A stretch of 64,000 nucleotides of DNA from Chiloscyllium plagiosum (Eukaryota): positions 1,193,036-1,257,035 of the forward strand of contig NC_057752.1 of the NCBI RefSeq assembly GCF_004010195.1, read 5' to 3'. The notes below the pieces were generated by a model. That model was not told where the DNA came from. It searched no databases and saw nothing but the letters and a program-made list of their open reading frames with translations. Positions 24,625 through 37,345 of this stretch are shown here, one piece after another (position 1 is the stretch's first letter; every line of letters starts with the position of its first letter). Made by a program: the position numbers and the translations under genes.

Positions 24625-24892
24625 GGAAAGTGAGAGGGGAAAGGTTTAAAAGGGACTTGAGGGGCAACTTTTTCTACACAGAGGGTGGTGCATGTATGGA
24701 ACAAGCTGCCAGAGGAAGTGGTGGAAGCTGGTACAATGACAGTATTTTAAAGATATTTGGACAGATACATGAATAGGAAAGTTTAGAAGGATATGGGCTA
24801 AATGCAGGCAAATGGGACTAGTTCAGTTTAAGAAACCTGGTTGGCATGGACGAGTTGGACCAAAGGGCTTGTTTCTGTGCTGTATGACTATG
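24625..24892 (+). mobile_element. CR1 LINE 3' end
   Basis: Matches 12945-13205. Confidence 0.85.
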
Positions 24893-26124
24893 TAAGTGCA
24901 AAACAATTCATAAGGATGATCCCAAAACTCACGGGTTACACCCACCAGGAAGGATTGGCCAGGATGAGACTCATTACCCCAAAAAAGAGAAGACTGAGGG
25001 GCGACCAGAGAGATAGGTCTTCAGAAGTACAAAAGAGTAGACATCAGGGAAAAAGTGGGTAAAACAAAAAGCTGTTCCATCCTTCAATGGACAATTGGAT
25101 AAATATTTGAAACAGAGTGATTTTCGATTCATTTTCGACTGATACAGGGATATGGGAAGAGAATGGGAAAATTAGATTAGTTTAGGTTCAAATTAAGAGA
25201 ATGGGGAGAGAACAGAATTTCAGGATTGACACAAGGCTATGGAGAGGGTGTGAGGTGGTGAAATATACTTGAGATTGCTCCAGCAAAGAGCCAGTGTTGA
25301 CACAATTAGCCAAATGGCCTCTTTCTGTTCTCCAAATCTCTGTGGCTCCAAATTAATTGCTCAGGTTAAGCAGACCACACCAATTGAACCATAACAATGA
25401 GAGAAATTGTTTTATTATACAGCCAGACACCTTTCCACTTTCCTCCCCAAGTCGCAAACTAAAAGCTTGTAAATTTCAGATCAAAAGCTAATCCAAACAG
25501 ATTATTAATAGAACTGATAAAATATCCCCAGGGTCTTGCTAAATGTACAATATAAATCGTTATGACAGAGTCTTCATGACCTTCTTGTGATTCTGAAGCT
25601 TTTTGCCTACGAGGTCAGGTTTCCTGTCAGCAAATGTCAAAATGAACCAGTGGGAGCATGTTCCCTTTTCGTTTTCCTTCCAGATCCAGTAAAAGTCCAG
25701 AAGAACTAAGGCTGTGCTTTGTCATAATTCCCACCTTCTCCCTAGTCCCAAAGACTGACAGCCCTCTGAGATAGGAATGTCTCTTCACCTTTGTCTTAAA
25801 TGGGAGGAAGCATTTTCCCAGCATCCACCGGGTCAAGAGCCTCCTCAGAATTGTTTATGTTTCAATAAAACCACCTCTCATTCTTCTAAACTCCAAAGAG
25901 TATGGGACAAGTCCACTGAACGTTCTCTTTTACAACAAACCACATCATCTCAAGAATCAGGAGACCAAAACTCTTGATATGTTACTGCCTTGCTTTATAT
26001 TCATCTGGCTTTGAATTAGGTTCAAAGCTTGTGCAGTGATCACAGTTAATTTTATCCCCATTCACGTGGCAGACACTGGGTGGTCAAGTAATTAAAACCA
26101 GGACAATGAAGGCCCTATTGGTAC

Positions 26125-26455
26125 TGTCACTGGACAAGCAATCCGGAAGCCCATTTTCTAAAGTTATCAGTTCAAATCCCATCAGCAGCTGATGGAAGTT
26201 TAATTCAATTGAAAACTGCTTACAGTGATAGTAACCATAACAATTATCAGGAAAACTCTTCTGGTTCACTAGCATCCTTTAGGGAAGGAATTTAATAATT
26301 CTTATCTGGTCTGGCCTACGTGCAACTCCAGATCCACAACCAATATCATGGATTCTTCACTGCCCTCTGAAATGGCCAAGTGAGCCACTCAGTTCCAAGG
26401 CAATTAGAGATGGGCAACCAATGGGAGTCTTGCCAGTGACACCTACCTCTTACAG
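26125..26455 (+). mobile_element. tRNA-headed SINE (family B)
   Basis: gttcaaatccc B-box; ctggttcacta..tttagggaaggaa; ctggtctggcctac core. Confidence 0.65.
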
Positions 26456-26616
26456 ATGAAAATGCTGATCAAGATTTATAATCAACCTGTTATTGCACGC
26501 CTGTGGAAGACGTAGGATTTGAACCTGGGTCACCTAGCTCAGAAGTAGGACATTACCACTGTGCCACATGAGCACATTGTTGACACCCATTTACAGAGCC
26601 CCTCTCACTGCCTCAG

Positions 26617-28005
26617 ATTTAGATTTTATTGTCACGTGTACTCAAAGACAGAAGTAAAGGAGTACAGTGAAAAATGTATAATGTTGCTACACATGGTACC
26701 TAGGTACAAAAAAACCCTAGGTATACAGTAAGAGAAATGAGAGTTATAAAGTTAAGCATTACTACATAGAATAGTAGAAAAATAAAGAAAAAGGTAACAG
26801 TTTACATTAAAGTTCAACAGCCTTGAGTCCACCACTTACTCGCTTTCCAGGGAGATCTCAGCTATCTGTTCTCGACACCGCCACCGATACTGTCGCTGCT
26901 GCTGCCTCTATGATCTTTCCCAGTGCCTCAGTAACATGCCCAGGCAGGATCCACTCACATGCTGAGCCGAGACCAGCTGGCACACTGCCGCGACACCAGG
27001 CTGAGAGCCACCAAGAGACCAGGCCGGGACCCACCGAGAGACCAGGCCGGGACCCACCGAGAGACCAGGCCGGGAACCGCTGAGAGATCAGGCCGGGAAC
27101 TGCTAAGAGATCAGGCCGGGACCCGCCATGAGACCAGGCCGGGACCCGCCGAGAGACCAGGCCGGGACCCGCCGAGAGACCAGGCCGGGACCCGCCGAGA
27201 GACCAGGCCAGGACCCGCCGAGAGACCAGGCCGGGACCCGCCGAGAGACCAGGCTGGGACCCGCCGAGAGACCAGGCCGGGACCCGCCGAGAGACCAGGC
27301 CGGGACCCGGCGAGAGACCAGGCTGGGACCCGCCGAGAGACCAGGCCGGGAACCACCGAGAGACCAGGCCGGGACCCGCTGAGAGACCAGGCCGGGACCC
27401 GCCACGTGACCAGGCTGGGACCCGCTGAGAGACCAGGCTGGGAACCACCGAGAGACCAGGCCAGGACCCGCTGAGAGACCAGGCTGGGAACCACCGAGAG
27501 ACCAGGCCGGGACCCGCCGAGAGACCAGGCCGGGACCTGCTGAGAGACCAGGCTGGGAACCACCGAGAGACCAGGCCAGGACCTGCTGAGAGACCAGGCT
27601 GAGAACCAAGAGACCAGATTGGGACCCGCCTAGAGGCCAGGCCAGGACTCACTGAGAGACCAGGATGGGACGTGCAGAGAGACCAGGCTGAGACCCACTG
27701 AGAGACCAAGCTTGGACCTGCTGAGCGACCAGGCCAGGACCCGCCTAGAGACCAAGCTTGGACCTGCCGAGCGACCAGGCCGGGAGACCAAGCTTGGACC
27801 TGCCGAGCGACCTGGCCGGGAGACCAAGCTTGGACCTGCTGAGCGACCAGGCCGGGACCCTTCAAGGGGGAGGTGAACACTAAGAGGGGGAGAACACCAG
27901 AAAGGAAGAAGAAAAAGAGAAATAGGGGAAAAAAAGAGAAGGAAATGAGAAATAACAGGAGATGAGATCTGGTTGGAGTGACCTCCTCCACTGTGATCTC
28001 TAACA
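26617..28005 (-). mobile_element. Putative non-autonomous Rex1/Babar-tailed element carrying a minisatellite
   Basis: Minus-strand end ttttcactgtactc...tacacgtgacaataaaatctaaatc; pyrimidine-rich 5' part; no RT coding sequence. Confidence 0.45.
27010..27860. repeat. GC-rich 23-bp minisatellite (GAGAGACCAGGCCGGGACCCGCC), ~37 units, ending in three 36-bp derived units
   Basis: Period of 23 read directly (e.g. 27151, 27174, 27197). Confidence 0.95.
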
Positions 28006-28544
28006 CACACCCAGATTGGGGCAGCTGAAGTGCTTCAATGTCCTAAAGAAGTACTTTTATGAGAACTGGTGAGATATATTACCACCTTCAGGCTGAAACA
28101 GATGCAAAATGATCAATGAGGGCCTGGCTGTTTGTATTCTTCAGCCCAGGGACCACGTTTTGTGTTTCCTGTTGATCAGGTTTGTTGAATTGTAATTGAA
28201 AACTCTTATTTTGCAGCTGTCCGCTCTAGATAATGGAAAGAGTGCCTTTAAAAAAAACACCATTTTCTAAAATCCAGGATTTGTTGCTCAATTCCTGTCT
28301 TCGTTCAGCAAAATGATACTTACCAATCCCAGATGGCAAATGAGAGCTATTTCCTGAGGCTTGTGATAAGAGTCTCATTTTCACATACCCAAGGGTTCAG
28401 CATCATAGTGAGGCCCTTAATGAAAGGTCCTGCTCAGAGGTATCTGACCTTTGGCAGGCTGGAATAGGAATCCTACACTGGATCAAAGATTGGCATGAAG
28501 GAAGGATAGGTGAAGTCATGGTAATGTACATAGACTTGTAAGCC

Positions 28545-28930
28545 AGAACCCCCAGGCTAATGTTCTGGGAACGTGATTTCAAATCCCACCACAGCAGACA
28601 GTGAATTTTGAATTCATTAAAGTAAACCTGGAATTAAAAGCCTATCTAACCATGATGTGGAGGTGCCAGTATTGGACTGGGATGGACAAAGTCAGAAGTC
28701 ATATGACACCAGGTTATAGTTCAACGGGTTTATTTGAAATCACAATCTTTTGGAGCACTGCTCCTTCAAGCAATGGTGTTGGACTATAACCTGGTGTTGT
28801 ATGACTTCTGACTATCTAATCATGGTTCACTAATGTCCTTTAGGAAAAATAATCTACTGTCCACACCCCGGTCTGACCTACATGTGACTCGGACTCACAG
28901 CCCTGTGGTTGACCCTTAACTGCCCTCTCT
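28545..28930 (+). mobile_element. tRNA-headed SINE (family B) interrupted by inverted Penelope-like end fragments (~28653-28812)
   Basis: SINE core as in other copies; agtcagaagtcatatgacaccaggttatagt and actataacctggtgttgtatgacttctgact form an inverted pair. Confidence 0.65.
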
Positions 28931-28959
28931 TACAATCTCCGAATGAAGTTCTGATGAAA

Positions 28960-29484
28960 GACCTCCTCGTGGGTCTGCTCCTGGGCCTGGCCAAACTGGC
29001 CATCAACAGGTCCAGGCAGCGGGCCGTGGAGGGGGTCGTTAGGGCCGACTGCCTGCCCCTCTTCCGCGGTTACGTTAGAGCCCGGGTGTCCTTGGAGAAG
29101 GAGCACGCGGTGTCCACCAACACCCTGGAGTTGTTCAGGGAGAGGTGGGCGCCGCAGGGAGTGGAGTGCATTATTTCTCCCTCAAACTCTATTTTGATTT
29201 AGTCCCTACCCTCCCCTTCACTGTTTTGATCACACAGCACTGTCCCTTGCTGTGAAGGGCAGTGTTTGTCACTGGCCACCCGGGTGTTTTCCTATCTTCC
29301 TGGTGGTGGAAATTGAATAAAGATTCGTGCACTTTGTGTCTTTCACTGTGTCTCACCCCTGCACACACACACCATGGGTGCTGGGGATAAAATAAGCACT
29401 ACCGCATTTAGGTGGTAGTGTGGGGATTAAAAGAAAAAAAAAATAAACCGCAAGCAAGGGGACGGGCTGTCCTAGAGAGAAAAA
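28960..29484 (+). mobile_element. Tx1-family 5'-truncated copy F with 18-bp TSD
   Basis: DLLVGLLLGLAKLAINRSRQ...ISPSNSILI*; AATGAAGTTCTGATGAAA at 28942-28959 and 29485-29502. Confidence 0.93.
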
Positions 29485-30009
29485 AATGAAGTTCTGATGA
29501 AATAGCCACTCCGTTTCACTTTGAAATGCGCAACAAATGCAGTGACTCTCAGGAAATGAGCAAAGAAAATGACATTGATGGCACTTGTCTAATGAAGTAA
29601 GATACATTTCATAAATCGGTAAATCATTCAACTCCTCTTTGGGCAAACGCAAACTAGTTCAGGTTGGAGTCATGGTCGGCATGGACTAGTTGGATCGGAG
29701 GGTCTGTTTCCGTGCTGTATGACTCTGACTTTATACCTCAAAGTAAAATCTAGTTTGACCCTCAACCTTGCAACCAACTACCTCCTACGGCTTGTGTTCC
29801 TCCCCGGCTGTGTCTGGCGATCCAGTCCGTGTCTTGATCATTGCCTTTCCCCCAGTTTGTGGCAGTGACCTGCGTCCCTTTCCTGTGACTGCTGACAATG
29901 ATCGAAGCTGCGGGAGAGCAACCGTTTTTGCAGCATTTAGTGTTTGCAGATTTAAACGTATGAGGTGCTTTCCCATTCAGCTAGAAGGCTACTCCTGTGG
30001 CTTTCCAGT

Positions 30010-30120
30010 TTTTACCCCCGCCTCTCCTCCAGGGGCTGGACCTTTGGCGTGGTTTGAGTTTTTTTAAATAAATATGTAGACTCTGCCCCCTTTACGTCGA
30101 AATTTGACGTCAAATCAGTG
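30010..30120 (+). promoter_or_regulatory. Candidate promoter of the tetraspanin gene (GC box and CRE)
   Basis: CCCCGCC 30016-30022; TGACGTCA 30105-30112 inside the palindrome ATTTGACGTCAAAT; locally CpG-enriched unique sequence. Confidence 0.5.
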
Positions 30121-30124
30121 GATT

Positions 30125-30207
30125 AAAAAAAAGTGTCAAACACTCGCCTGTGCTCCAGTGTGGTAGTCCTTGTTGGATCAAGAGTGTTGACAGTGCTAGG
30201 GTTTCAG
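30125..30207 (+). other. Candidate non-coding first exon (start approximate)
   Basis: Donor-like CAG|GTAGGG at 30207/30208; downstream acceptor ctttgttttgtag ends at 30443. Confidence 0.4.
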
Positions 30208-30473
30208 GTAGGGGATTAATGATGTTTATAGCGTTTGGTGTTTTCTTTAATAGTGTCTCAACGCTAAATCTTTTCAGTATCTCCGACTGTGGAGAAATAT
30301 GGTTGTGTTTGGGATTTTTTTTTAAAAAACCCTTCATCCACGTCTTCAAGTCGTGGTGCTTGGTCCCTGTCCCCTCCCTCGACTTCCTCTTTTAAATCGT
30401 CAAAATGTTTTTTAAACAACCATTTTATTCCTTTGTTTTGTAGAGGAATCAATTTCAGATTACAAAAAAGAAA

Positions 30474-30539
30474 ATGGCTGTGGAAGGAGCGATGAAGTGC
30501 GTCAAGTACTTGATGTTCATATTTAACTTCTTGTTCTGG
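30474..30539 (+). CDS. CD63: First coding exon of a tetraspanin, most similar to CD63 (N-terminus and start of TM1)
   Basis: MAVEGAMKCVKYLMFIFNFLFW; good Kozak context (aaaATGG); 66 coding nt then a phase-0 donor TGG|GTGAGT, as in CD63/CD9/CD81; acceptor at 30443 fits CD63 having a non-coding exon 1. Tetraspanin is near certain; the paralogue is less so. Confidence 0.8.
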
Positions 30540-33500
30540 GTGAGTGTTAGCTTCATGTCAGTTTTCAAACCTTTTTGTGTATGTCTGGGATGGAAAGAAC
30601 AAGAGCGGCGCGGTCATGAGGGGGTCAGTGTCTGTATCCTAATTTGTTTTTTGATGTAACTGAATTATAGTTTAGTTATTCAGTGAAAAGTAGGTTTAGC
30701 AAATGTTTAGTAAGTGTTGAAAGAAACTTGATTATATTCTTATATGGTGACTGCATTTTGTTACAAATGAGTATTTTTTAAAATCCTTACATCATTTTAT
30801 TGTTTTTTAAGTCTATGATTATAGGGTTTTTTAATTAAAGTTTCCGTGCTGCCCCTTAAAAAAAAACCCATTGTTTTCTATGCTCAACTCGATACACAAA
30901 TGTTCTGAGGATGAAACCTTGTTTCTCTGCCAAAACAAAGTGGAGGCTCCCTGTTTATTATCCGAGGGAGTAGCTACGTGGACAGAGATTTCTATTAAGA
31001 AATCACCCATGTGTGAGAGAGACTTGAGAAATACAAGATCTGTGCAGAGGGCTTCATGTTAGGTTACCTAACCCAGAAAGGAAGGAAATTGTGTGGATTT
31101 TAAAATAAAATGTACATGAGATTTGTTTTTCTGAACCAGAATGGGGGAGAGGAGATAGGATTGTTTTGGGTGGGATAGCACTTTGTGTTGAGAGGGAGGG
31201 AATTCTTCCATGGGAAAAATTCGGCTTCCTACCTGAGAGAAAAATTAGAAAGGGTTTTTTTTTTCTTTGGCAGTCAGCGGGGTTGTGGTAAAAGCTTTGC
31301 TGAATTGTGATTTTTTTTTTAAAAGAAAATTTGAACAAGTCGTGACCTGTATTGCCTGCGAGAATAGTTTTGATTTCACCCCCCCCCCCCGGGTGCGGTG
31401 GTGGTTTTTCCCCACGCTGCCTCCCCGCTCTCGTTTCTCTCCAATTTGTTTCCAGACAGGACTTTCAGGTTTTCAGCTGAAAATTCTCTGCAGGTAAATG
31501 CAAAGGTTGTTTGGGCGGGGAGGAAACGTTTGTTTAACGAGTTAGAAACAAACCGTGTTGGAAAAACACAGCAGGTCGGGCCGTTTCTGTGGAGACAAAC
31601 TTCGACAACGTTTTTTTTTGTTGGATCAAATTATTTGCAGTTAGCCCCTTTTATATGAACGTGCATCCCAAAAGTATCACTGGAATCCTGGACTATATCA
31701 TTTGATTGTTGCTTTCAGCAGTTTCCTACTGATTTTAATGTTGCCATTTAATGTCTTGTGCTGGTGAAATACTGCGAGCCTGCCTTTTTCCCCGGGGCTG
31801 TTTTATTTCTGGATTAGAAATAGATACTTCTAGAATTGTTCGAGGAGAGGGTTAAACCGCTAGCGTTGGGAGTGCCTGAATCAGTTTCTGGCTTTGAATA
31901 AGAGGATGTCCTGTCTTTCTCCCAGTTCGACTGGGACCCAGAGCTTTTCAATGGAGCTTTGCCTGTGGTGAAACAGCAAGTGGACGATGGCCCAGTAGCA
32001 GTGTTGCACTGAAAGCACGATGCTGGGGAAGGCAGGTAGCATCTGTTGAGACTCAACACAGTTAACCTTTTTGAGTCCAACATAGCTCTGCTTTGGAACT
32101 TGACACGCTGTCTAGCCTCACTAGCCCCTTACTGATCTTTTGATATGTATTGTGGGCCAGTACCCCAATGTGTGACAGGACCTTGCCACCCTGTCCCTCC
32201 CTGATGAGGTGAGGACTCCGAACTGGCTGCTGCTGTTGTGACCGCAGGTGAGGCTTCATCTTGGCCAGTCGATTTTATTACCATTTAAAATCCTGTATAC
32301 GCACATCTTAAACACTCGATACCAACAAGACACCTGACCTCTACCTGTCAAAGGATTCAAATGTAAATTTGGAGCAGAATCATGCCGTTCGGCCCCTTGA
32401 GCCTGGTATGCCCTCTGATAGTGATTGGCTTGATAATGGCCTCCATTTCACTCTCCTGACTCTCTCTCTCCTTTCTTCATTCTCTCTCTGACTCCATAAT
32501 GACCCAGCCTCCACTGCTCTCTCTTGAGAATGATAATTCCAAATGACCCTCATTTCCTCTTCTCATCTGGCATTTTTAAACTTTTCTCATAAGGGGCAAA
32601 CTTTTAACCTCCTCACTGTCAAATTCCTTCAGGGACCAGTGTTTCAATAAGCTCACCTCTCCTCTAAATGCCAATGAATACAGGCTTGAGCTGTCTCCGT
32701 AGATAACCCTTTATAATCCCAGGAAACAGTCATGTACCCATTGCCTTACCAAACCCTGACTGAGATTTTAAAGATAGCTTGTTTCACATTCTAGGCACCG
32801 ATACAAAGGTATTTTGAGATGTTTCACCAGAGCATTGCCCAGTGGTGCACTAGTTGATAACATAAGGAGATATTGGGACAGTTGACTGAAGCGATGATGG
32901 GTTTTTCTTCTGGAAGGCAAGAGAAGCTTGAGGGGTTTTCCTTGGTTTGGCTGTTATAACTTTCAACCAATGGTGAAACTTGGGACGTAGGAAGCTGGAG
33001 AAGTTTAGCATCCGGGAGGGTAAGGCTATGGAGTGATTTGAAAACACAGGCATTTAAACTGAGATATGTGCTTTTTGACTAACATTAAGCACAGGATAAT
33101 GTGTCGTTGGGATTTTTAAGGCCGCTAGAGTTTTGAATGAGCACGTGTCTGAGACTAAGTCTGAATGGATCTTTATTTTGCCATTCTTGGATCTCTCCGT
33201 CCTAATGCTTGAAGATGACCTTTTTTTATGACAAAACTATAAAAGTTCCATTGAACTCTGCTCACTCAAATAAGAACAGTGTTGTGTCAAGCTCAGTATT
33301 GCATGTGACTAGTGTTTGTTGCAAATGTTCAAAGCAGTTCCTCACCTTTTTGCAGAAACACAAGTGTTTTGCCTTGGTGTAGACTGACCAGTCATAGGTG
33401 TGACATCAAGCTTAATTAGTGTGAGGTTAACTTTTTTTTTCAGTTTTGAATCAGAAAGTCTGCTCTTTGAGTCAGTTCCTCCACTGAAATAGCTGGTATG

Positions 33501-33654
33501 GTTTGGTCTCGCCACAAGTACTTGAGCATGAACTGAACTTTTCTAATGCATCTGCGAACATACTTTGTAGAGGGAATAGATTTGGAGCTCTGATAAGCAA
33601 ATGGTAAGCAATATTGGGTGTAGCATTTAAATCTTAGGTCGTAAGTATTGAAGG

Positions 33655-33950
33655 AGGCAATAGCCTAGTGGTATTATCGCTTGACTATTAATCCAGAAAC
33701 TCAGCTAATGTTCTGGGGTTCAAATCCTGCCATGGCAGACCCTAAAGAATCTGGAATTAAGCGTTTTATGATTAATCCATTAATTTGTTGGGGGTGGGGG
33801 GAGAAACCCATGGTTCACTAATCCCATTGGGGGAGAAACCTGTCAGCCTCATCTAGTCTGGCCTACATGTGACTCCAGACTTGCAGCAATGTGGTTGTCT
33901 CTGGGGAATGGGCAATAAATGTTGGCTTAGCCAGAGCCACCTACATCCCG
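33655..33950 (+). mobile_element. tRNA-headed SINE (family B)
   Basis: tagcctagtggta A-box, gggttcaaatcc B-box, shared core and tail. Confidence 0.7.
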
Positions 33951-35654
33951 TGAGTTTTAAAAAAAAATTCAAATGGGACAAAAGGTGGGTATATGAACTG
34001 TTCAGTTAATGACCTGCCTCATTAAAGGTTCTCTGAAGTGTACATTGCTCTTTTGGGGAAGAAGGTTGATTAGCTACTGAGAAAGCAAATAGCTTGCTGA
34101 GACTATTGCTTCAGACGTTGCTTGCCAGTCGGCAAGCAGAGAGCGTTAGGCTTTTTTTTTGCTTTAGGTGTAGATTTGAAGCCAGATAGTTGCAGGTTAT
34201 AGTTCAGCTAACCATGTGGTGCGCTCTGTTTTGCTTCTCCTTCACCCCTTGGTTGCACTTTAGTGTAGGCACAAATTTTGATTGTCTGCTCCCCGTTCAC
34301 TCAACTGTAAGACCAATTCCAGCCTTGTCCCAGGTGTTTTACCTTGGATGGTTGTTTGTAGCTGGACGTGCTCTAAGGATGCTGAGGCTTCTCTTTCAGG
34401 TGTCGGTTGACGGGTTTTTTTTCCTCAACAGGCATGGCAGCCCCATGATGCCCAGCACCCTGAGTGCATGATAGGAAATGGGCAGGCATATTTTTTCCTA
34501 AGGGCCTAAGCACAAGTTCTTCAAATTGGTAGCTCTAATTAAAGCTTTCTGAACTTATTGTTTTTTTAAAAAACAATTTCTCCTCCTGGCCCCTGAGCAA
34601 TAATGCTAAGCTTGCCAACTTTAAGGTTTCATCACGTGACTTGCAACTGCCCCACCCTGTGCAATTGTCTTTCTCCCCTTCCCCTTCCCCGAAAAAGCAT
34701 TTGGAGATGAGAGCAACCTTTTTAAATTTAAAAGGCCCCTCTAATATTTCACCTGGGTTGTTCTCCATAATCTCCTGAAGATTTGCAGGATAGCTAGCCT
34801 GGATTGTTAAAGGGAGGTTTTTAATTGTCTGGCTGTTTTCCCCCCCCCCCCTTGCATCAGCTTTCTTAGACTGTATATTATAGTTGTCATTTGTTTGCAG
34901 AATGCTTCCTTTCAGTTTTCTCTGTAGAGATGAAGTCATTTTTGTTTAGTACCCTCATGGGGCTGGGCCAGCCAATGATTTTTTTTTCTCTCTTGCTTCA
35001 AGCTCCTTTTTCTTTATTCCTCCCGCCCCGGCCACATTTTTCTGAATGGTAGGCCAATGTTGTGACTGCCTTTCAAACAATATTTTATCCCACCCTGCCC
35101 AAGCTAACCAAGTTGAATTGTCACATATTTATTTCATCCTTATCTCTTGTGTTTCCTTTTGTCTCTGCGGATATTCAAGTAGCGTCCGCATCTAGGAAGT
35201 GCAGCAGAGTCATCGCCAGAAATGTTGCAACAGAATGCAGCTCCTAACCAAATCAGCGTGGCTGTCAAACTGTGGCTTTGCAAGTGACCAATAGTGTCTA
35301 GCTAAGCGGGGGCTGTTCGCATGAGCTGCCTCCTCAGCTGTGTTGTGCTGGTTGGTGTTCATTGCTTTCAAGTTTTCTCTTGTTGCAAGCTGATGTCTGA
35401 CAGGGGTAAGTGGATGGCAACTAAGTGAGAATCCTGGCTATTTGCTACTCGTGTAAATCCAGGTTGCACCATAGTCCGTTGTGCCCTCTGAAACTGCTGC
35501 ACCATCCTATTTTTGGGGAGATGAAATTTGAGGAAAAGGAGGGGCTGAGGGAAAGGTCATAGGCAGCAGAAGGGTGGTACAGAAAGATGGGGATGGAGGC
35601 CGAGCAGGTGGGTTGGAAGAGATAAGCGAGAGTAGCAGAAGCCTGAGGTGGAGA

Positions 35655-35990
35655 GACAATGGCATAGTGGTAATGTTCTTTGGTACATAATCCAGAGGCC
35701 TGGAGTTGTTCTCTGGGGGTGTCGGGTCAAATCCTGGCACAGCTGGTCATGAATAAATCTGGAATTGAAAGCTTGTCTCTGCAATGCTGACCATGATGGC
35801 TACCGTCAATAGTTAAAACCTGCCTGGTTTACTAATGTGCTTTTTAAAGGAAGGAAATGTGTCCTTGCCCAATCTGGCTGGCAGTCCCACAGTAATGTGA
35901 CTCTTAACTGCCCTCCGAAATGGCCAAGCAAGATGCAGTTTAGGAATGTGCAACAAATGCTGGCCTTGCCACTGATGCCCGCATCCCATA
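35655..35990 (+). mobile_element. tRNA-headed SINE (family B)
   Basis: tggcatagtggtaat head; shared core and tail. Confidence 0.65.
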
Positions 35991-36796
35991 ATGGAATAAG
36001 GGCCTGATGAGAAACCAAGGAGTACTCCGAGAGCAGGGTTCAGCTCATCTATCGATAAACTGGACCATGGGCAGGGAGAGCATTAGGCACGAGGAAAGTA
36101 GGCGAATCAGGAAGTGGTGTGTGGAGTAAACCGAATATAGGTGTAAAAGGGGAGTGGGGTTCAAAGGCTACAAGTCAGCTTTTAAGGCAATCCGGGTTGT
36201 GTGCAGTCTGTTTATGCAAGCTACAGAATTAGATTGTCAGTCTAACTGACAGATCAGGTCGGCTAGTGAGTTGAGAAATGCAGCCCTAATTTATACCATT
36301 CTGCTCCAGGGAAACTATGGATCTGTGTGCACATTACACCAACAGTGTGAAAGAGGAATGGTTTAGAAAGGAATTGCTGCTTGTCTTTTTAAAAAAAAAA
36401 ATTCAGTCTTCCTGCTTTTCCAAATACTACAGAGACTGTTTCTGAGAGTAAACAGTCACCATGTGCTCCATTTGTTTTTGTCTAGCTGATTAAAGAAATG
36501 GTTAGCTCTGTTGTCCTCCCCCAGACTGATGTTTAGCTTTTCGTTGTTTGATTGACACTTTGAGGCACCAACTGTTTTCCAAGTGAAGAGACGGCATCTC
36601 CTAGCCTTGTGTTGGGAGCAACTTGAGCAAAATCTTTCAAGGCATTTTGAAGTTTCTAATCTTGTTTGGATAGTGTTAGTCATCTAGATTTGGAAATTGA
36701 GAGAAGATGTAGAAGGCTGTGAGATGAAACCTGTGAGGGATAAGATGTGCCAGAGTTGATGACTATACTCTTTTTTTTGTTTTTGAATTTTGTTTC

Positions 36797-37345
36797 TGGC
36801 CCTTCTTCCCACCCCCCGCAAACTTCGTCCAAGGCCCCAAAGGATCCTTCCACACCTGACAGAAATTTACCTGTACCTCCACCAATGTCATCTACCATAT
36901 CTGTTGCACCCGATGTGGTCTCCTCTACCACTGGGGAGACAGGATGCCAACTTACAGATCATTTCAGAGAACATCTCTGACACCCACACCAACCAACCCC
37001 ATCAGCCCGTGGCTGAACACTTCAACTCCCCCTCCCACTCTGCCAAGGACATGCAGGTCCTGGGCCGTCTCCATTGCCAAACCCTTACCACCTGACGCCT
37101 GGAGGAAGAGTGCGCCTCATCTTCTGCCTTGGGACCCCTGCAACCACACTGGGTCAATGTGGATTTCACAAGTTTCCTCATCTCTTCCTCCTCCTTTTTC
37201 ACCCCCCCCAATTTCCCATTTATCTCTCAACCCCTGGCCTACAAGCCTCATTCCTGATGAAGGGTTTATGCCTGAAACGTCATTTTTTTTTTCCCTGTTC
37301 CTCAGATGCTGCCTGACCTGTGCTTTACCAGCACCACACTCTCAA
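36797..37345 (+). mobile_element. Penelope-like element 3' part (GIY-YIG remnant, hammerhead motif 37250-37281)
   Basis: PVAEHFNSPSHSAKDMQVLG; ctgatga-a-gggt-ttat-gcct-gaaacgtc. Confidence 0.88.

Noticed and set aside
27010..27860. CRISPR-like array
   Set aside because: Units are contiguous with no unique spacers, there are no cas genes, and the context is eukaryotic
26858..28006. 382-aa and other long ORFs on both strands
   Set aside because: By-product of a stop-poor 23-bp GC-rich minisatellite; open in several frames with no protein similarity
30540..30659. Extension of the tetraspanin ORF to 61 aa
   Set aside because: Read-through past a consensus GTGAGT donor; similarity ends at W22
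34632..34640. TCACGTGAC CLEAR/E-box-like motif, attractive for a lysosomal gene
   Set aside because: Single short motif about 4.5 kb from the candidate promoter; plausible by chance
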